Origin: Nitrospirae bacterium MYbin3
Lineage (GTDB): Bacteria > Nitrospirota > Thermodesulfovibrionia > Thermodesulfovibrionales > Dissulfurispiraceae
Assembly: GCA_002753335.1 (NCBI GenBank)
Contig: PEAD01000009.1
Coordinates: 1 to 64,000, forward strand
Direction: 5' to 3'
DNA: 64,000 nt
Shown here one piece after another: positions 1 to 10,265 of the stretch. The notes beneath the pieces are model-generated. The model made no database searches and had not been told where the DNA came from. It saw only the letters and a list, made by a program, of their open reading frames with translations. The stretch's first letter is position 1; each line of letters starts with the position of its first letter. The position numbers and the translations under genes were made by a program.

Positions 1-2
1 GT

Positions 3-1475
3 ATCGTGCATCCATCCCATGTTCCATTTCATGCTGAAGCCAAGTCCTCCGATATAGGTCGGACGTGTGACATTCGGCCATGATGTTGACTCCTCTGCGA
101 TGGTAATAACTCCCGGAAACTCTCCATGCACCACTTCGTTGAACCTTTTGACAAAATCTATCGCCTCTAAATTCTCCCTGCCGCCATATTTGTTTGGAAT
201 CCACTGATTCGGCTTTTTGGCATAGTCGAGGTAAATCATAGAGGCAACAGCATCAACCCTCAGGCCGTCGATATGGTATTTATCGAGCCAGAAAAGAGCG
301 TTCGAGATCAGAAAGTTCTTTACCTCATTTCTGCCGTAGTTAAAAATCAGTGTACCCCATTCCACATGCTCGCCTTTTTTCGGATCGGCATGGTCGTACA
401 GATGAGTGCCGTCAAAAAAAGCCAGGCCATGCGCATCGCGCGGAAAGTGTGCCGGAACCCAATCCATTATTACGCCTATGTCGTTCTGGTGGCACTGGTC
501 CACAAAATACATAAAATCTTCGGGCATTCCAAAGCGTCTTGTAGGAGCAAAATAACCTATGACCTGATATCCCCACGAGGCATCCAGCGGATACTCAGAA
601 ATCGGCAGAAGTTCGATGTGGGTGTATCCCAAATCTTTAACATAAGGCACAAGCTTATCCGCAAGCTCTCTGTAATTCAGAACCGCGTTTTCTTCTTCAG
701 AATAGCGCATCCACGAACCGAGATGCAGTTCATAAATCGAAATAGGTGCTTCATGCCAAACAGTATTTTTGCGCTTTTCGAGCCATTTCTTGTCATGCCA
801 TTTATGCTTGCCTTCAACAGAATAGACAACCGCTGCTGTCTTTGGCCGGAGCTCGCACAAGAATGCATATGGGTCGGTTTTATATTCGAGATAGCCTTTT
901 CTGCCTTTTACCTCAAACTTATAAGAAGTCCCCTCTTCAAACCCCGGAATAAATATCTCCCAGAAACCATGGTCTATAAAGCGTCTCATGACATGAACCC
1001 GACCGTCCCATCCGTTGATATCCGCGGTAACGCTGACCCTCTCTGCATTCGGGGCCCATACAGCAAAATGAACCCCCTCGACACCGCCGATTTCCATAAC
1101 ATGGGCACCAAGTTTTTCAAAACTCCTGTAATGATTGCCTTCGCATAAAAGGTGCAGATCGTATTCTGTCAAAACAGGACCGAAGCTGTAAGGATCGATA
1201 AATTCCTTGGTTTCTCCCCAATTCGTAAGCATTTTTATGCGGTATGAAAACGGTTCGTTTTTATCCTTAAACAAAACCTCCCAGACACCCTCATCATGAA
1301 CCCTTTCCATTTGATGAACTATCTTTGTAGTGCCTGCAACAACCCACACCTTACTTGCCATAGGCAGAAATGCGCGCACAAGAATGCCATCGTCAACTTT
1401 ATGGATACCAAGAAGCCTGAATGGATCTCCGTGATTGCCCTTGCAAAGAGTGTTTATCTCGCGATTCAATCCCAT
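3..1475 (-). CDS. glgB: 1,4-alpha-glucan branching enzyme, 5' part; runs off the left edge and is absent from the ORF track
   Basis: Manual minus-strand translation from ATG 1475 begins [25 protein letters not shown] and contains [19 protein letters not shown] and KWNMGWMHD, typical GH13 GlgB motifs. Confidence 0.95.
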   Translation of the reverse strand, partial: MGLNREINTLCKGNHGDPFRLLGIHKVDDGILVRAFLPMASKVWVVAGTTKIVHQMERVHDEGVWEVLFKDKNEPFSYRIKMLTNWGETKEFIDPYSFGPVLTEYDLHLLCEGNHYRSFEKLGAHVMEIGGVEGVHFAVWAPNAERVSVTADINGWDGRVHVMRRFIDHGFWEIFIPGFEEGTSYKFEVKGRKGYLEYKTDPYAFLCELRPKTAAVVYSVEGKHKWHDKKWLEKRKNTVWHEAPISIYELHLGSWMRYSEEENAVLNYRELADKLVPYVKDLGYTHIELLPISEYPLDASWGYQVIGYFAPTRRFGMPEDFMYFVDQCHQNDIGVIMDWVPAHFPRDAHGLAFFDGTHLYDHADPKKGEHVEWGTLIFNYGRNEVKNFLISNALFWLDKYHIDGLRVDAVASMIYLDYAKKPNQWIPNKYGGRENLEAIDFVKRFNEVVHGEFPGVITIAEESTSWPNVTRPTYIGGLGFSMKWNMGWMHD

Positions 1476-1541
1476 AAGTTATTATAGCATTAAGGATAAT
1501 AGGCTCACCCGTCTTGTGTTATAATATTCCACTTTTCAAAC

Positions 1542-2360
1542 ATGTTAGGAGGGGCGTTGACAGAAATTTTCGGGCAGATTCGCTGGCAAGATCTATTCGA
1601 CATACTGCTCGTTTCGCTTATACTATACAGAATTCTGCTTATCATAAAAGGCACCAAGGCAGCCCAAATGCTTATCGGCCTTGGGGTTTTGCTGCTCGCC
1701 TCTTTTTTTTCGCGCTATCTCCAGCTTTACACTACAGACTGGATTATACAAAGCTTCTGGTCTCAGGTTGTGCTGGCGCTTATAATCCTGTTCCAGCCCG
1801 AAATTCGAAAAGCGCTTGCGCGCATGGGCGAATCCTCATTTCTGCCCAGTTTTACCACTGCGGAAGAGCTCAAGTCACTTGAAGAGATAGTGAGAGGTTC
1901 AGTAGCGATGGCCAACAGAAAAATAGGGGCCTTGATGGTAATCGAGCGCGACGTGAGCCTTAAGGACTATGTAGAGATAGGTGTTCAGCTTGATGGAAAA
2001 GTTTCGAAAGAGCTTCTTCTCAGCATATTCCACCCTACTTCACCTATACATGATGGCGCTGTAATAATCCGAGGGAACAGGATAGTGGCTGCCGGATGTT
2101 TTCTTCCGATAACACTTGGTTCCGATCTCAGCAAGGCGCTCGGAACAAGACACAGGGCAGCTATGGGCATAGCAGAGGAAACAGACGCAGTAGCCTTGAT
2201 CATATCAGAAGAGACCGGCACCATCTCCATGGCCATTGACGGCAAACTGGAAACACATATAGACATGGGCACATTAAGAGACATGCTTACAGAATTTTTC
2301 ACCGAGGCAAAAAAAGAAAAGCGCTCTTTAATCCCTAAACAAAAAGCGCAGGAGAAATAG
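1542..2360 (+). CDS. cdaA: Diadenylate cyclase CdaA/DacA
   Basis: Three N-terminal TM helices; DisA_N motifs HDGA and GTRHRAA. Alternative start TTG 1557 after AGGAGG. Confidence 0.95.
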   Translation: MLGGALTEIFGQIRWQDLFDILLVSLILYRILLIIKGTKAAQMLIGLGVLLLASFFSRYLQLYTTDWIIQSFWSQVVLALIILFQPEIRKALARMGESSFLPSFTTAEELKSLEEIVRGSVAMANRKIGALMVIERDVSLKDYVEIGVQLDGKVSKELLLSIFHPTSPIHDGAVIIRGNRIVAAGCFLPITLGSDLSKALGTRHRAAMGIAEETDAVALIISEETGTISMAIDGKLETHIDMGTLRDMLTEFFTEAKKEKRSLIPKQKAQEK

Positions 2361-2362
2361 CG

Positions 2363-3010
2363 TTGAAGGCAGCGATACTCAATAACATTTGGCTCAAGCT
2401 TCTTTCTATAGTGATATCTTGCTCGCTTTGGTTTTTCGTCACATACCGAGGACAATCCGAGATTATGGTTGATGTGCCGATAGAAATAAAAAATATGCCT
2501 GCATCCATGGAAATACTAAGACAAAACACAAAGAGCATAAGCCTCAGCGTAAGCGGTCAGGAGCGGCTTTTAAAAGGCCTTAAACCGATGGACATAAGAA
2601 TTGTGGCTGATATGTCAAATACAAAAAAAGGCGAGAATGTATATTATTTTGACAACGGCAATGTCATAACATCAAGGTCAATAAAGGTTTTGCGCATAGA
2701 CCCACCTTATGTAAAATTTGTAGTAGATCAGTCTTTAAAAAAGAGTTTCAATGTAGAGCCTGTAATAACGGGAACCCCGGCCAAAGGTTTTAAGGTGGAG
2801 CATGTAGAGGTGGTTCCACGCATCATAGAGGCAGAGGGACCCAAGTCAGAACTAGAACGCATGGCAGTCCTCCGTACGGACCAGATAGATATAACAAGTC
2901 TTGACAGCAGTATATCGCCGACAGTTCATATAAACACAAACGGCAAAAACATAAGACTTAAGAATCAGGAAGTTACCGTAAAAATACAGATATCGGGTGC
3001 AAAACGATGA
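2363..3010 (+). CDS. cdaR: YbbR/CdaR family regulator of diadenylate cyclase
   Basis: N-terminal KLLSIVISCSLW anchor, YbbR-like repeats, position between cdaA and glmM. Confidence 0.85.
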   Translation: MKAAILNNIWLKLLSIVISCSLWFFVTYRGQSEIMVDVPIEIKNMPASMEILRQNTKSISLSVSGQERLLKGLKPMDIRIVADMSNTKKGENVYYFDNGNVITSRSIKVLRIDPPYVKFVVDQSLKKSFNVEPVITGTPAKGFKVEHVEVVPRIIEAEGPKSELERMAVLRTDQIDITSLDSSISPTVHINTNGKNIRLKNQEVTVKIQISGAKR

Positions 3011-4362
3011 AACTTTTTGGAACTGACGGTATAAGGGGAAAAGTAAACAAGCTGCCTATGACACCCGAAAATGTTCTCCGTGTCGGGATGGCTATAGCCT
3101 CTGTGCTCAGAAACGACCACGGCAGAAACATGGTACTGATAGGCAAGGATACACGCCTATCAGGGTATATGATCGAGAGCGCACTTACTTCAGGGCTCTG
3201 CTCAAAGGGTGTAAATGTAACTCTGGTGGGCCCTCTTCCAACACCCGGTATAGCATTCCTCACCCGTGCATTAAGGCTTGATGCAGGAATCGTTATTTCT
3301 GCATCCCACAACCATTTTGAGGACAATGGCATAAAAATATTTTCATCTGCCGGACACAAGCTTTCGGATGAACTCGAAAGAGAAATAGAAGAGCGTGTAA
3401 ATGACAAGAATTTCCCACGCAGAAGAAACACAGGGGACAAGATTGGACGTGCTTTCAGGCTTGATGACGCCACAGGCAGATACATAGAGTATGTAAAATC
3501 CACAGTGCCAAGAGGCATGGACCTTGACGGGTTAAAGATCGTTGTAGATGCAGCAAACGGCTCTGCCTACAAAGTTACACCTGTTCTGCTAAGAGAACTA
3601 GGAGCAGAGGTTATATCGCTTAATGATAAGCCGGACGGAATAAATATAAATGAAAATTGCGGCTCACTTCATCTCAAAAGCCTTTCTCAGGTGGTGCGCG
3701 AAACAGGAGCGGATATCGGCATAGCACATGACGGTGATGCTGACAGAACCCTTTTTATTGACGACAAAGGCGATATAATTGATGGGGACCGGATAATGGC
3801 GATATGCGCGGTCGAGTTCAAGAAAGAAAAAAAATTAAACGGAGACACCGTCGTTGCTACAGTTATGAGCAACTTCGGCTTTGAAAAATTTCTGAAAAAC
3901 AAGGGCATCAGCCTTATACGGGCTAATGTCGGAGACAGATACGTTGTTGAAGAAATGAGAAAGGGCGGCTTCAATCTCGGCGGTGAGCAATCGGGGCATA
4001 TAGTTTTTGCGGACTACAACTCTACCGGAGACGGCCCTATAACAGCGCTCCAAACACTTTCTATTATGAGAAAAAAAGGAAGAAAATTATCAGACCTATG
4101 CCGCGGTATCGAACTTTATCCGCAGGTGCTTTTGAATGTAGCCATATCCGAGAGAAAAGATATAAATAAAATACCTGCAATAAAAAATGCAATCGATAAA
4201 GTATCAGCAAAACTTTCCAATACAGGCAGGATACTCGTACGTCCATCAGGCACAGAGCCTAAAATACGCGTTATGGTCGAAGCAGAAGATTCGGTTATAG
4301 CCATGACATCGGCTCAAGAAATTGCGAGTCTTATACAGAAAAAGCTAGGCGCACAGGCATAG
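3007..4362 (+). CDS. glmM: Phosphoglucosamine mutase
   Basis: LFGTDGIRG, ISASHN, DGDADR, GGEQSGH, RPSGTEP motifs. Confidence 0.97.
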   Translation: MKLFGTDGIRGKVNKLPMTPENVLRVGMAIASVLRNDHGRNMVLIGKDTRLSGYMIESALTSGLCSKGVNVTLVGPLPTPGIAFLTRALRLDAGIVISASHNHFEDNGIKIFSSAGHKLSDELEREIEERVNDKNFPRRRNTGDKIGRAFRLDDATGRYIEYVKSTVPRGMDLDGLKIVVDAANGSAYKVTPVLLRELGAEVISLNDKPDGININENCGSLHLKSLSQVVRETGADIGIAHDGDADRTLFIDDKGDIIDGDRIMAICAVEFKKEKKLNGDTVVATVMSNFGFEKFLKNKGISLIRANVGDRYVVEEMRKGGFNLGGEQSGHIVFADYNSTGDGPITALQTLSIMRKKGRKLSDLCRGIELYPQVLLNVAISERKDINKIPAIKNAIDKVSAKLSNTGRILVRPSGTEPKIRVMVEAEDSVIAMTSAQEIASLIQKKLGAQA

Positions 4363-4373
4363 CCGGTGCTGGC

Positions 4374-6749
4374 ATGCTTTTCTTTTCCCTATTCTTAGCA
4401 GGGACCGCCTCTTTTTTTATCAGCCGCTATTTTCCTTATTCGTCGATATTCTTCAGTATTATTCTCTTTACATACCTAACCATAAGGTTTCTAAAAAAAA
4501 GAACCATCTTCTTTTTATTGCTAGCGCTCGACTTTAGCGCAGGCTTCTTTTATGCTGAAGAATTCTCTTCTCCTTCGGTGCTGGCTATTGAGCTTGAAGG
4601 CAAAGAGATAACGATAAAATGTTCGCCAGTTTCTGAAGCAATACCTGCAGACACAGGCGCTGAAATCCTCTACAAACAGACCGTAAAAGTGCATGAAGCC
4701 GTTGACCGTCAAGAAACTCAGGTTGGTATAAATCAGCTGCGACTTTTAACACATAATCCGTTAGATGCAGAAGGTGTTTATCTTGCCACAGGAACATTTC
4801 CCCGCGGACGCATACGCCAAAACCCCGGCAGCATAGAAACAATGCCCGTTTTAAAAATTACTGCTGTTTCGAAAATAGGGAATACACGCTTTTCATTTTT
4901 TCAAAAAGCCAGGCACAGACTGAATGACTTCATGGTCAATAACTTCTCGCCTGACTCTGCAGGATTTCTAATGTCAATCGTAACCGGCGAAAGAGGGTAT
5001 ATCCAAAACGAGACAAAAAAGATCTTCAACATTACAGGGCTTGCTCATGTTTTGAGCATCTCGGGTGCTCATTTCGGACTTCTGCTCTTTGCCATCTTCA
5101 GAATATTCAAACTTATTATTACGTTTTTGCCTTACGGAGTTTTGGCAAGGCTTACTCTCCATTTAACTGTGTCTCAAATTTCGGCAATGATATGCCTTCC
5201 TGTAATAGCCTTTTATTTTATGCTTGCTGCCGAAAGCTTCCCTGCAACAAGGTCCTTCATCATGATCACGCTTTTCCTTGCAGGACTTTTGATTCAGAGG
5301 CGCGGTTTCTGGCTAAATACACTTCTCCTAGCAGCTTCTATGATTATTTTGATGCAGCCTGATGCCCTGCTGGACATCTCGTTTCAGCTTTCGTTTATCG
5401 CGGTTTTATGCATAGGAGCGGTTGTTGAAAAAAGAACGGACGAAAACCCGGACAAGTCTGACAAAGAAGGATTTATTAAAAAAAGTCTTGCTATTCTGCG
5501 CTCATCATTAATGATCTCACTGGCGGCAACCATAGGAACAGCGCCGCTTGTAGCCTATTACTTCCATTATTTTTCATTAATCTCACCAATCTCAAACCTG
5601 TTTATAACGCCTGTTATAGGCTTTATAATCCTGCCTCTTGCCTTTATCTCTTCAATCATTTATCTGCAGTCAGGCTATTTTCCTTTTCTTTCGTTTATTG
5701 ATGCGTCCACAATTAAAATGATAGACGCCATAAGAATCTTTGGCTCTCCTGACTTGGCAGGAACAGCGGTGCCTGCTTTCCCCCCTGCCCTATTGCTATT
5801 TTTCTATTCATCACTATTAATTTTGTGTGCAATAACTGCATCGGAAAACCGGGTGCATATTGCTAAAAAAACTATCATATTAACCGCAGTTGCTGCTGTG
5901 GCTCCATTTCTTTTCTATTTTGCAGCCGGCATCTTCAAAGACCAAGCGATTAAAATAACATGGCTTGACGTCGGTCAAGGAGACTCGGCTGTTGTGGAGC
6001 TGCCGGACAAAAAAATTCTGGTAGTAGATTCAGGCAGAAGCGGATACGAAGCCGCAGAGTTCCTAAAATACAGAGGGAGGACAACCATAGATGCACTTAT
6101 TATCTCACACGGACAGGAAGACCATTCCGGAGGCATAAAGTATCTCAAAAACAACTTCAAGGTTTCAGAAATATGGGACAACGGACGCAATATTTATGGT
6201 AAAGAAATCTTAGATGGCGTACTCCATAGAAAACTCAAAAGAGGTGATACTGTTGAAGGAAAGAATTACTCAATACTTATTCTGCATCCCCATGACTCTT
6301 TTGTTTCATCCGGCACCGGCGTAAATGACGACTCGCTATTTTTTAAAATTCAGGGCAAATCTTCATCATTTCTATTTACAGGAGATATTGAAGGCTCAGG
6401 CATTGACGACATCCTTTATTTGGGCAAAAATCTAAAAAACGATGTATTAAAAGTCCCACATCACGGAAGCCGCACATCGGTTTCTCATGACATGATAAAT
6501 GCGATATCTCCCGAGATAGCTATAATCAGCGCGGGACGAGGAAACTCCTACGGACACCCGCACGCAGAAACCCTTTCAGTACTTTCTGGAAGCCAAGTTT
6601 TAAGAACCGACAAGGATGGTGCGATAGGGATAGCGGCTCGCACAACGAACCTCAAAAAAATCAAAACGTTCGGAGAATTCAAACTTAAGCCAACCCGAAG
6701 CCTTAGCGAAGAGAAAAGAAACCTTATAAAGCTTTTTGAAGTATGGTGA
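4374..6749 (+). CDS. comEC: DNA internalization competence protein ComEC/Rec2
   Basis: GLAHVLSISGAH, SFQLSF, and a C-terminal MBL domain (DVGQGD, SHGQEDH, KVPHHGS, GHPH). Confidence 0.93.
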   Translation: MLFFSLFLAGTASFFISRYFPYSSIFFSIILFTYLTIRFLKKRTIFFLLLALDFSAGFFYAEEFSSPSVLAIELEGKEITIKCSPVSEAIPADTGAEILYKQTVKVHEAVDRQETQVGINQLRLLTHNPLDAEGVYLATGTFPRGRIRQNPGSIETMPVLKITAVSKIGNTRFSFFQKARHRLNDFMVNNFSPDSAGFLMSIVTGERGYIQNETKKIFNITGLAHVLSISGAHFGLLLFAIFRIFKLIITFLPYGVLARLTLHLTVSQISAMICLPVIAFYFMLAAESFPATRSFIMITLFLAGLLIQRRGFWLNTLLLAASMIILMQPDALLDISFQLSFIAVLCIGAVVEKRTDENPDKSDKEGFIKKSLAILRSSLMISLAATIGTAPLVAYYFHYFSLISPISNLFITPVIGFIILPLAFISSIIYLQSGYFPFLSFIDASTIKMIDAIRIFGSPDLAGTAVPAFPPALLLFFYSSLLILCAITASENRVHIAKKTIILTAVAAVAPFLFYFAAGIFKDQAIKITWLDVGQGDSAVVELPDKKILVVDSGRSGYEAAEFLKYRGRTTIDALIISHGQEDHSGGIKYLKNNFKVSEIWDNGRNIYGKEILDGVLHRKLKRGDTVEGKNYSILILHPHDSFVSSGTGVNDDSLFFKIQGKSSSFLFTGDIEGSGIDDILYLGKNLKNDVLKVPHHGSRTSVSHDMINAISPEIAIISAGRGNSYGHPHAETLSVLSGSQVLRTDKDGAIGIAARTTNLKKIKTFGEFKLKPTRSLSEEKRNLIKLFEVW

Positions 6750-6791
6750 TATTATATGCAAAACTGGATTGACATGACGGCCTATCTCTGC

Positions 6792-6820
6792 TTGACAGCC
6801 TGTTTTGTTTCTGATACTTT
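6792..6820 (+). promoter_or_regulatory. Putative sigma70 promoter of the SPFH operon
   Basis: TTGACA-17nt-TACTTT with TG extended -10, upstream of the RBS for 6857. Confidence 0.6.
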
Positions 6821-6856
6821 TATTAAGTAGTTACGCTTTAAGGGGAGGGGACAGTT

Positions 6857-7942
6857 ATGGGACTTTTTGACAAGATTCGCGGCGAATTTATCGACATCAT
6901 CGAGTGGCTCGATGATTCTAACAACACACTCGTACATAGATTTGAACGCTATGACAACGAAATCAAGTATGAAGCAAAACTAGTTGTAAGAGAAGCGCAA
7001 CAGGCTGTATTTATCAATGAAGGCCAGATAGCGGATGTATTCAAACCCGGGACTTTCACCCTTACAACGCAGAACCTCCCGATACTCACCACGTTAAAAG
7101 GCTGGAAATACGGCTTTCACAGCCCGTTTAAGGCTGAAGTCTATTTCTGTAGCACCCGCCAGTTTACAAACTTAAAATGGGGAACTCCGGGGCCGGTCAC
7201 TATGAGGGACAAAGAGTTCGGCGCTGTTCGTGTCACCTCCTTCGGTATTTATTCAATAAAAGTTAAAGACCCAGCAAAATTCATCAAAGAAATAGTCGGA
7301 ACAGAAGGCACCTTCACCACAGAATCGATAGAAGACAACCTCAGAGGCAAGATAGGCATGAGGATTAAAGAGGTCCTTCCAGAAACCGGCATTCCGGTTA
7401 TTGACCTCGAAAGCAAAGTGATCACTCTAAGCCAGATACTAAAAGACCGTATAGCTCCTGCATTTGAAGGCTTCGGCCTTGAGCTTACAGAGGTTCAGGT
7501 GCAGGACATCGGACTGCCAGAAGAAGTGGAGCGGGCTATCGATAAATCAGGTGCGATAAAGGCGGTCGGTGACCTACGCGCATTTACACAATATGAAACT
7601 GCAGATGCAATCTCTACGGCAGCAGCCAACCCGGGCGGGATTGCGGCTGCAGGAATCGGCATCGGGATGGGCTTTAATATGGCAAATCAGATGACTCAGG
7701 CAGGGCAGCAGCCCGGCGCTGTTCAGTCCCCACCACCCTTGCCTGTTTTTTATGCTGCCATCGGAGGCAAGCAGGCAGGCCCGTTCATGATGGATGCTCT
7801 AAAGCAAAAAGTTATGTCAGGAGAGATAACAAGAGAAACTCTGGTATGGCGCACAGGCATGGAGCAGTGGCTTCCTGCCGGACAGGTGCCTGATATGTCT
7901 GTATTGTTCGCTGATGTACCTCCCCCTCTTCCGGGAGCATAG
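6857..7942 (+). CDS. SPFH/Band-7 (YdjI-like) protein with C-terminal GYF_2/DUF4339-like domain
   Basis: EFIDIIEW, SPFKAEVYF, KWGT motifs; C-terminal QAGPF...TLVWRTGMEQW...PPPLP. Confidence 0.85.
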   Translation: MGLFDKIRGEFIDIIEWLDDSNNTLVHRFERYDNEIKYEAKLVVREAQQAVFINEGQIADVFKPGTFTLTTQNLPILTTLKGWKYGFHSPFKAEVYFCSTRQFTNLKWGTPGPVTMRDKEFGAVRVTSFGIYSIKVKDPAKFIKEIVGTEGTFTTESIEDNLRGKIGMRIKEVLPETGIPVIDLESKVITLSQILKDRIAPAFEGFGLELTEVQVQDIGLPEEVERAIDKSGAIKAVGDLRAFTQYETADAISTAAANPGGIAAAGIGIGMGFNMANQMTQAGQQPGAVQSPPPLPVFYAAIGGKQAGPFMMDALKQKVMSGEITRETLVWRTGMEQWLPAGQVPDMSVLFADVPPPLPGA

Positions 7943-7949
7943 ATAATTA

Positions 7950-9869
7950 ATGAAGGCTAACTGCCCCTCCTGCGGCTTTGAAGTAGCATTCAAGTCGAGT
8001 GTCTCTGTATTTTCGGTCTGCGATCAATGCAAGTCCATGCTAGTGCGTCACGACATGGATTTAGAGTCGCTCGGCAAGATGGCTCAGCTCCCAGATGATG
8101 TTTCTCCCCTTAAAATAGGCAGCCGCGGCAAATACCAAAACACCGTGTTCGAGATTATCGGACGCCTTAAGATTTCATGGAGCGAAGGATTCTGGAACGA
8201 GTGGTATCTGCTCTTTGAAGACGGCAGATACGGCTGGCTAGCCGATGCTGTGGGCTTTTACATGGTTAGTTTAGAAATAAACGAACAAAAGGGCGTGCCC
8301 AAGTTTGAGAATTTAAAAGTAGGAGTTGGATATAAGTTAGTCCCTAATAAAACCTTTGTTGTGGATGACATGAAGGAAACTGTATGCGAAGGCAGCGAGG
8401 GAGAGCTTCCGTTTAAAGGTTTTGTCGGACGACAAACAATAAGCGTTGACCTGAGCGACCATTCAGGGGAATTTGCCTGCATAGAATATTCGGATAAGGA
8501 CGGCAAGAGGCTTTATATAGGAAAATATGTGGAGTTCAATGAGCTTGAGCTGTCCAATCTCAGAGACCTTTCAACCGACATAAAAAAAATACGCTCTGCG
8601 AATCTCTTTAAATGCACATCATGCGGAGGACCATTCTCTCTGCGCACGCCCGGACTTACTGCATCCGTTGCCTGCAGGTACTGCGGATCAACGCTAGATG
8701 CAACCGACAAAAACTTTGCCATACTGAAAAAAGCAAAGGAAAAGATGAATATAAGCCCGATTATTCCGCTGGGCGCCAAGGGCAAATTGTCCGATATGGA
8801 ATGGGAGGTTACCGGATTCATGCGGCGCTCTGATGAGAGCGGGGTATATCCCTGGGATGAATATCTGCTGTTTAATCCTTACCATGGTTTCAGGTGGCTT
8901 ACGACTTACAACGGCCACTGGAATTTAGTCGAGATGATGCGCATCCATCCTTCGGGCGATGGAGATACGGAAGACATAAAATTTGAGAGCAAAACATACA
9001 AGAGGTTCTTGTTCGGAAAAGCCAAGGTGCTCTATGTCATAGGAGAATTTTACTGGCGTGTTAAACTCGGCGATATTGTAGAGATGAAAGACTATATCTG
9101 CCCTCCCGAAATACTATCAAGTGAAAGCGATAAATCAGAAACAACATGGTCACTCGGACGATACATAGAAGCGGATGAAATAAAAAAGGCGTTCGGTGTT
9201 GAAGATGAACTGCCGAAAAAAATCGGGGTCGCACCAAACCAGCCTTCACCATACACACCCCTTTGTCGTCAGGTATGGATTTCGTTTACTGCGCTTGCCA
9301 TGTTACTTACCATCCTTCAATTCTACTTTGCGGTAAACTCTCCAAACAATAGGGTTTATAGTGAAACTTTTAAATTAGACCCAACTCAGCCTGTAAAAAC
9401 CATTGTAACTAAATCGTTCAATATACCCGACGATTCAGGGAACTTGCTTGCAAAGATTCATTCACCGGTGCAGAATGACTGGATAGAGGCCGGAATTGAA
9501 CTCGTTGACGAAATCACAAATAAAGGCATCGCCTTTGAACAGGGCGTAGAGTATTATTCAGGCAAGGACAGTGACGGCTCATGGACTGAGGGCAATCAAA
9601 GCAGCGAACTTATACTTTCATCCATACCCGGAGGCCGTTACCACCTGTTGATCCAGCCCACCTCCGACATTCTCAGAAAAGGCGAGAAATCTCTATCCAT
9701 ATCGCTTCACAGAGGCGTAGCCACATGGTCAAATTATTTTGCGGCTCTTTTTATGCTGATGGTTTACCCTATTTATGTATGGATAAGAGGCAGCAGCTTT
9801 GAATCGAGAAGATGGTCAGAAAGCGATACAAAACCATCATTCACAGAAAGCGAGGGGGATGACGAATGA
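7950..9869 (+). CDS. DUF4178-like protein with two zinc-ribbon modules and C-terminal TM segments
   Basis: CPSC..CDQC and CTSC..CRYC, each followed by WxEwyL/WL motifs; GELP and GEFYW motifs. Confidence 0.8.
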   Translation: MKANCPSCGFEVAFKSSVSVFSVCDQCKSMLVRHDMDLESLGKMAQLPDDVSPLKIGSRGKYQNTVFEIIGRLKISWSEGFWNEWYLLFEDGRYGWLADAVGFYMVSLEINEQKGVPKFENLKVGVGYKLVPNKTFVVDDMKETVCEGSEGELPFKGFVGRQTISVDLSDHSGEFACIEYSDKDGKRLYIGKYVEFNELELSNLRDLSTDIKKIRSANLFKCTSCGGPFSLRTPGLTASVACRYCGSTLDATDKNFAILKKAKEKMNISPIIPLGAKGKLSDMEWEVTGFMRRSDESGVYPWDEYLLFNPYHGFRWLTTYNGHWNLVEMMRIHPSGDGDTEDIKFESKTYKRFLFGKAKVLYVIGEFYWRVKLGDIVEMKDYICPPEILSSESDKSETTWSLGRYIEADEIKKAFGVEDELPKKIGVAPNQPSPYTPLCRQVWISFTALAMLLTILQFYFAVNSPNNRVYSETFKLDPTQPVKTIVTKSFNIPDDSGNLLAKIHSPVQNDWIEAGIELVDEITNKGIAFEQGVEYYSGKDSDGSWTEGNQSSELILSSIPGGRYHLLIQPTSDILRKGEKSLSISLHRGVATWSNYFAALFMLMVYPIYVWIRGSSFESRRWSESDTKPSFTESEGDDE

Positions 9870-10003
9870 AATTTAAAATATACTTGGTTTACGGAATAAT
9901 CATAAGCTCGCTGTTTTTTGCGGCAGGACTTAAAGGGTATGTAATTTCAAGCATGACGCAGCCAACTAAATGGGGGCCGCAGGGAAGCCATTATCACAAA
10001 TAA
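9866..10003 (+). CDS. Small membrane protein, 45 aa, below the ORF-track cutoff
   Basis: MKFKIYLVYGIIISSLFFAAGLKGYVISSMTQPTKWGPQGSHYHK; ATGA overlap with the upstream stop, GAGGGGG RBS, fills the operon gap. Confidence 0.75.
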   Translation: MKFKIYLVYGIIISSLFFAAGLKGYVISSMTQPTKWGPQGSHYHK

Positions 10004-10033
10004 ATAATTTCACCGCAAATCTAGGAGGATATT

Positions 10034-10249
10034 ATGGAAAATCTTATCAGTATTAAGGCGTTGTTTTCTTCGGTTGTATTTTCTTTTTTAGGACTCGTGA
10101 TGCTCGGCTTGGCATTTTTCATATTTGACAAGCTTACGCCGGGAGACCTGTGGTGTGAAATACTCGAAAAACAGAACATGGCCGCAGCCATTGTGGTGGC
10201 GGCATTGACCATCGGAATTTCTATTATAGTGGGGCTGGCTATTCACTAA
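10034..10249 (+). CDS. DUF350 family membrane protein
   Basis: Two TM helices flanking DKLTPGDLWCEILEKQNMAAA; AGGAGG RBS. Confidence 0.88.
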   Translation: MENLISIKALFSSVVFSFLGLVMLGLAFFIFDKLTPGDLWCEILEKQNMAAAIVVAALTIGISIIVGLAIH

Positions 10250-10265
10250 AAGACGCTCATTCTTT

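Noticed and set aside
273..1148. 291-aa plus-strand ORF
   Set aside because: Antisense shadow of glgB, which has clear motifs on the minus strand
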